Shown: piece after piece, positions 59,517 through 64,000 of the stretch | How the letters are laid out: each line of letters begins with the position of its first letter | Position numbering within the stretch: position 1 is the stretch's first letter | DNA from: a virus | Length of the DNA: 64,000 nt | Virus record (IMG/VR): IMGVR_UViG_3300021093_000041 | Location: 1-64,000 of that record | Strand: one strand, 5' to 3' | Position numbers and translations under genes: made by a program | The notes under the pieces: generated by a model | What the model saw: the letters and a program-made list of their open reading frames with translations, nothing else | Told to the model about the DNA's origin: nothing | Databases searched by the model: none

Positions 59517-60458
59517 ATGGCTGAAATTGATAATACAAATGTATCAAAAGTGTTAGGACGTATTGTAGATTACCCTCAAAACTACGATAAGAGTATCCTA
59601 GTACGTGAACCTAGACAAAGTAATAGAGTTCATTTAAACATTGCTGACGACATACCACCTTTTATAGGGTATGATGTGTGGAATGCATATGAGGTGAGTG
59701 CATTAACAATCAAAGGCTTACCTGTTGCAGGTATACTTAAAATTGTTTACAAAGCAACTAATAATTATATTGTTGAGAGTAAAAGTTTGAAGCTCTACCT
59801 TAACAGTTTTAATATGTTTAAAGTCGGTGAGACTTCTGAACAAACAATTTACTTTATTGAAAAAACTGTTGAGGCTGATCTATCTACATTGTTGGAAACA
59901 ACAGTTAAGTGTAGATTTTATACTACCACTGAGGTTAATAATTTTATTAAAAATGGTTATGAAATGGATCATTGTTGGCATGCATTTCCAACAATTGAAA
60001 ACCGTTTTAATTTGGATGATGTGGAAATTACTCAATTTCAAGAAGATAAAACTTTACTAACATCTATGTTTCAGTATAAAAGTGCTGAACCTAAATCATT
60101 ACCTATACAAGCATATCATAGTAGTTTACTCAAGAGTAACTGCAGAGTTACACGTCAACCTGATTGGGGTGATGTCTTTATTGAAATGCAAGCACAAGAT
60201 GCAATCGATCCAATTGGTCTTGCAAAGTATATTGTATCATTTAGAGATGAATGCCATTTTCACGAAGAAATTTGTGAAACAATTTTCAAAAGATTGTATG
60301 ATCGTTTCCAACCTTATTCATTAATGGTTAAATGTCTTTATACCAGACGTGGTGGTATTGATATTTGCCCTATACGTGCAACTAAAAATTACACGTTATT
60401 GGATAAATCACCATTTGTTGATATAGATGTACCTTACTGTAAAACCCCTCGACAGTAA
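59517..60458 (+). CDS. queF: NADPH-dependent preQ0 reductase QueF (bimodular)
   Basis: WNAYE, VESKSLKLYLNSF, KSNCRVTRQPDWG, FHEE, YTRRGG. Confidence 0.93.
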   Translation: MAEIDNTNVSKVLGRIVDYPQNYDKSILVREPRQSNRVHLNIADDIPPFIGYDVWNAYEVSALTIKGLPVAGILKIVYKATNNYIVESKSLKLYLNSFNMFKVGETSEQTIYFIEKTVEADLSTLLETTVKCRFYTTTEVNNFIKNGYEMDHCWHAFPTIENRFNLDDVEITQFQEDKTLLTSMFQYKSAEPKSLPIQAYHSSLLKSNCRVTRQPDWGDVFIEMQAQDAIDPIGLAKYIVSFRDECHFHEEICETIFKRLYDRFQPYSLMVKCLYTRRGGIDICPIRATKNYTLLDKSPFVDIDVPYCKTPRQ

Positions 60459-60468
60459 ATATACCGAT

Positions 60469-60502
60469 AAAAAAAGAGCGTACCTTTCGGTACGCTCTTT
60501 TT
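60469..60502. terminator. Bidirectional terminator between queF and gp23
   Basis: AAAAAAA-GAGCGTACC-TTTC-GGTACGCTC-TTTTT. Confidence 0.9.
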
Positions 60503-60522
60503 GTTTATATTGACTACTTCGC

Positions 60523-61995
60523 TTAGAAGTAAACAACTTGCTGACCTGGTGCGAATGCAACACCGAGATCCTTGACGATGATTGTATGGTAATACAAATC
60601 AGCACCAAAGATGTTGTCAACGACACCGTAACGTGTTAAGAGACCAACACGTGGTGAGAAGTCGTTAGGACCGATTGTACGCTGTACCATTACTGGTATG
60701 TATGGGCAGTAGATAATACCTGTGTCGTAGAACTCAGGGCCTTTGTAACCAAGTAATGCATATTCAACATTACGTGTTGAGCTATAACCACTATTAGAAT
60801 AGAAGCTGGACTGAGCTTCTGTACGTGTGTCGCGGTAAACATTAAAACGACCACCGAGTGAGCCAATCTTGGCGACACCAACTGGTTGTGTGTTTACGTT
60901 ACCTTGTACAGGTACCCATTGGAACTCAGGTAACATTTCAAGGATTGCTGAAACACGTGGTGTGCAAACGATAAAGTTTGCAGAACCTCTACGGTTACGA
61001 ACAGCAATTCTGTTAGCCTGGATTATGATTTGCTGGTAGAAGTCACGATTACGTTCAACTAACCAACGACCGTCCGCTGATGCTGGGCTCCAAAGTGAGT
61101 AACCAATGTTGAAACCAGCGTTAAGAGAAATTTGAACCATTCTCATTAACATTTCGCGGTCAATTTCAGCCTGAATTTCGTAGCTCATCGCATTGGTTAA
61201 TTCAGTGTCGATATCGATACCGTTCATGTTCTTGAGATCTTGCTCAAGTTCAACTGACCAGCGAGCTGCTAACCTACGGGTACCAGCTTCGACTGCTGTC
61301 TTTTCAAACGATGTTACGATCTGAGGAATCCTACCAGTTAACTCGAAGTTAGCAAGTAACTGTGCAACACCTTGATCTGTAGCAAGATATTGGAAATCAG
61401 AACCTGAACCAAGACCAGACAATGCTAATGAGCTTGTACCTGTGAATCTTGAGTCAAGATACTGATAACCAATTTCCTTACCATCGGATTGATTTTGTGG
61501 TTCGAGGTTGATTGTACCTGTTGCTGATGGCTGACCGTCAACACCGTTGCCGAGTGCTTCTGATTCGTATTTATAACGAATGGCGAATGCAAGACCTACC
61601 GGACCTGACATTGGCTGAACACCAACGATTTCGTTAGTGATAAGCTCAGGGAAGGTACGACGGATCATTGGGATAAGAATCTTAGGCAATCTGAAATCAC
61701 CAGTTGCATAAGTATCACCTTGGGCATAGCTGTTTGGTATTTGGTTACCAAACTGGCCGACGTTTACAGAGCCGTTTGAAAATACCGAGCCAGTACCACC
61801 AGCTACGTTATTTCCCTCTGTTAAGCACCACTTCTCTTGATTTTCTAAGAGACAAGCGGTTGTATATCTCTGATGGTCGTCAGAGATTGGTTTTACGTTA
61901 TCTGAAGTGTAGTCCAATACAGGGGACCACTTCTCGAGAAGAGCCTTAGCACGGCTCATATCGATGAACGAGTTATTTGGTCTTATTTGGTTCAT
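60523..61995 (-). CDS. 23: Major capsid protein gp23
   Basis: LLEKWSPVL, LLENQ, GVQPMSGPVGLAFA, ELEQDLK, EIDRE, YCPYIP, TRYG. Confidence 0.97.
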   Translation of the reverse strand: MNQIRPNNSFIDMSRAKALLEKWSPVLDYTSDNVKPISDDHQRYTTACLLENQEKWCLTEGNNVAGGTGSVFSNGSVNVGQFGNQIPNSYAQGDTYATGDFRLPKILIPMIRRTFPELITNEIVGVQPMSGPVGLAFAIRYKYESEALGNGVDGQPSATGTINLEPQNQSDGKEIGYQYLDSRFTGTSSLALSGLGSGSDFQYLATDQGVAQLLANFELTGRIPQIVTSFEKTAVEAGTRRLAARWSVELEQDLKNMNGIDIDTELTNAMSYEIQAEIDREMLMRMVQISLNAGFNIGYSLWSPASADGRWLVERNRDFYQQIIIQANRIAVRNRRGSANFIVCTPRVSAILEMLPEFQWVPVQGNVNTQPVGVAKIGSLGGRFNVYRDTRTEAQSSFYSNSGYSSTRNVEYALLGYKGPEFYDTGIIYCPYIPVMVQRTIGPNDFSPRVGLLTRYGVVDNIFGADLYYHTIIVKDLGVAFAPGQQVVYF

Positions 61996-62021
61996 ATTTA
62001 GTTATGGGTTAAAATTTAAAA

Positions 62022-62076
62022 ACATATACTATGTGTATAGTACATATCAGAACTATAAGAAACCGTCCTATAGCTC
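62022..62076 (-). promoter_or_regulatory. Two tandem hairpins in the gp23 leader
   Basis: Minus strand GAGCTATAGGA/TCTTATAGTTC and ATATGTACTAT/ATAGTATATGT. Confidence 0.55.
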
Positions 62077-62091
62077 TCAAGTAAGTTGAAA

Positions 62092-62964
62092 TTAATATCT
62101 TGTCAACTCAGTAAGATATAAACTAGCAACAGGGTTGTCTTGCTGTGATTGTGTTGGTTGTACCGACTCCTCAACTACAACACGATCAACAGTTGTTGAC
62201 GTAGCCTGTTGTTTAGCTTCTTCTGTGAGGCCTTGAAGTTTTTCCTCTTCTCTCTTATCAAACATTGAAACGGTGTAATCAAAGTTTTCCTTTATAAAGT
62301 CATATGACTTATTACTAAGGATCTTTTTGATGTAACCCTTTTTATCGTCTGACAAGGTAGCAGTTTTTTGCTCAAGATACAATTTTGCTTTTAAATTAGC
62401 ATTTTCTTGTTCTGTTGCAATAAACTTGCTCTTCAAGTCCTCAAGCTCGCTATGAGCTTCATTTATTTGATTCTTACCATCCAAAATTGCTTCACGTACA
62501 CTCTCTTTAGCAATTGCTAAATCAACACCAAGTGCAGAACGTATTGAGTTCAACATGGTGTTTGCACGCTTGTTTTCTACAGCTTGGAGAATTGCATCTT
62601 GTGGTACCAATTTTTCAAGATATAATTCCATATAGTCGCTGATTTTTGTAACTAAAGAAGTTCTGAAATTGTTTGCTTCTTCATTTAAAGCTCCCTCGTA
62701 CTTCGTGATAACTTTCTTTAATTTATTGGTGTGATTAAGTTCGATAGCTTCGACCACTTTTTTAAGTTTGTTAGAGTGATCAGCATCTAAAGCATCAAGA
62801 AATTTTTCTAATGCGACAGAATACTCTTCATCTTGTTCATTGAGAGCTTTTTCAACATGAAGCTTGACTTTTTCATTAAAGTGTTGCTCAAGCTTGCTTA
62901 AGGATTCTTCAGTGAGAACTTCCTTAACATCATCTGTGAGTGCATCTTTGATTTCTTTATTCAT
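62092..62964 (-). CDS. 22: Prohead scaffold protein gp22
   Basis: Acidic coiled coil between gp21 and gp23; many (I/L)xE sites. Confidence 0.85.
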   Translation of the reverse strand: MNKEIKDALTDDVKEVLTEESLSKLEQHFNEKVKLHVEKALNEQDEEYSVALEKFLDALDADHSNKLKKVVEAIELNHTNKLKKVITKYEGALNEEANNFRTSLVTKISDYMELYLEKLVPQDAILQAVENKRANTMLNSIRSALGVDLAIAKESVREAILDGKNQINEAHSELEDLKSKFIATEQENANLKAKLYLEQKTATLSDDKKGYIKKILSNKSYDFIKENFDYTVSMFDKREEEKLQGLTEEAKQQATSTTVDRVVVEESVQPTQSQQDNPVASLYLTELTRY

Positions 62965-62981
62965 AATTTAAATTGGTTGTT

Positions 62982-63116
62982 TTACTTAACTTTATCAGCT
63001 GCTTTTTTGATTTTAGCTTTAAGTTTAGCTTCAACTAATTGCTGTAAATATTTATTAGCTTCAGCATACTTTTCCTCCAAAATTGCTGAAATAAAATTAT
63101 GGTAATTTTTTGTCAT
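62982..63116 (-). CDS. Small prohead core-like protein (44 aa, not in ORF track)
   Basis: TATAAATA-N5-ATG; MTKNYHNFISAILEEKYAEANKYLQQLVEAKLKAKIKKAADKVK. Confidence 0.6.
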   Translation of the reverse strand: MTKNYHNFISAILEEKYAEANKYLQQLVEAKLKAKIKKAADKVK

Positions 63117-63124
63117 AATATTAT

Positions 63125-63796
63125 TTATAATTTAGCGCTAATTTTATCAATAAATGCTGTTATTTGCTCAAGAAAATATTTTTCTCTATTGTTTCTTGGT
63201 AATTTAGAGATTTTCTCTTCGAATTTTGAGTAAGCCTCTTCTAATTCGCCTTTGGTGTTTAAGACCCATTGCTTAGATTCAAGTATACCATTTACAAATG
63301 CTTTTGGACAAGAAGGGTCAGCTACACAATCAATTGCTACTAACTTAACATCGCTTACTCTGCTTATACCGTTAGACTCTTGACACAATTGGCCAAGTGC
63401 TCTAGTACTCATACCCATTGTTACACCATCTTGGATTAACGATCTTACAATTAATCCCATTGGGGTACTTAATACTTTAGACTTACCATGGTAAAATTTA
63501 CCCTCGTTTTTAAGCTCCACAACCATGTGGCAAGCTCTTTCAGGGTTAACCTCAACAGACGTTGGGTGATTTAATTCACCCATACTGCGTTTCGTTTCAA
63601 TCATTTCCTTTATATAACGACCAACTTCAGCTCTCATTTCATCTGCAGGATAATATCTTTTATTACGATTGGTTTCGTCTACCATTATATAAGGACCTTT
63701 GATATATAATGTTGAAGGAGAATTAGGACTTTTCTCTTCAAGTATATACTCAAATTGCTCTTTTGGAGCTGGTGTCTCAATAAGTAATCTAAACAT
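63125..63796 (-). CDS. 21: Prohead protease gp21
   Basis: LYIKGP, NRNKRYY, GELNHP, STPMG, GMSTRALG, DCVADPS. Confidence 0.95.
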   Translation of the reverse strand: MFRLLIETPAPKEQFEYILEEKSPNSPSTLYIKGPYIMVDETNRNKRYYPADEMRAEVGRYIKEMIETKRSMGELNHPTSVEVNPERACHMVVELKNEGKFYHGKSKVLSTPMGLIVRSLIQDGVTMGMSTRALGQLCQESNGISRVSDVKLVAIDCVADPSCPKAFVNGILESKQWVLNTKGELEEAYSKFEEKISKLPRNNREKYFLEQITAFIDKISAKL

Positions 63797-63849
63797 TTAA
63801 AATATTTATTGTTTTACAGTGGTTTATTTAACAATTTTAGTTTTTATAT

Positions 63850-64000
63850 TTATTCAATATCTGGGTCTTCCCTATTTGGATCTTCAGGTTGTATAAAATC
63901 GCGACTTCCATGAATATCTGATAAAGTTTTACCTACAATTTGACCCACCTCATTTAATGAATTTACTTTATACCAGTCCTGCGGATCAGTGCTAGTTTTA
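63850..64000 (-). CDS. Partial ORF (C-terminus), product unknown
   Basis: Open frame from window edge ending ...PNREDPDIE-stop. Confidence 0.4.
   Translation of the reverse strand, partial: KTSTDPQDWYKVNSLNEVGQIVGKTLSDIHGSRDFIQPEDPNREDPDIE

Noticed and set aside
3342-61820. Capsid N-arm duplication as a diversity-generating retroelement TR/VR pair
   Set aside because: No reverse transcriptase in the window; differences are synonymous and not adenine-specific
1-64000. Stop-codon reassignment
   Set aside because: Core genes are full length in the standard code; TAA, TAG and TGA all end genes; no suppressor tRNA seen

Overview
This is a 64 kb, AT-rich segment of a large T4-like contractile-tailed phage genome using the standard genetic code. 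It carries the replication/recombination core (uvsY, uvsW, gp55 late sigma factor, gp47/gp46, gp43, uvsX, gp41, gp32, sliding clamp, RNase H, gp61) and morphogenesis genes (gp14, an intein-containing gp17, gp3, gp18, gp19, baseplate genes, gp5-like spike, gp23, gp22, gp21). It also has a class Ic-type ribonucleotide reductase, a tRNA/tmRNA island, and dispersed modification enzymes (QueC, Ntn glutamine amidotransferase, QueF, carbamoyltransferase, several glycosyltransferase-like proteins, RmlD-like, sulfotransferase). The main unexplained observations are: (1) an 84-aa protein that copies the N-terminal arm of the mature major capsid protein, with a poly-lysine insert; (2) a fixed promoter-to-start geometry (TAAATA-N5-ATG late; TTGAWW-N16/17-TANNAT-N6-ATG early) implying widespread leaderless mRNAs, including a nested in-frame gene; (3) a 123-nt CCA-ended tRNA-like RNA with an expanded T-arm; (4) a candidate single-component spanin; (5) a possible deazaguanine/carbamoyl/glycosyl hypermodification pathway. 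All protein calls come from motif recognition and synteny; no database search was run.
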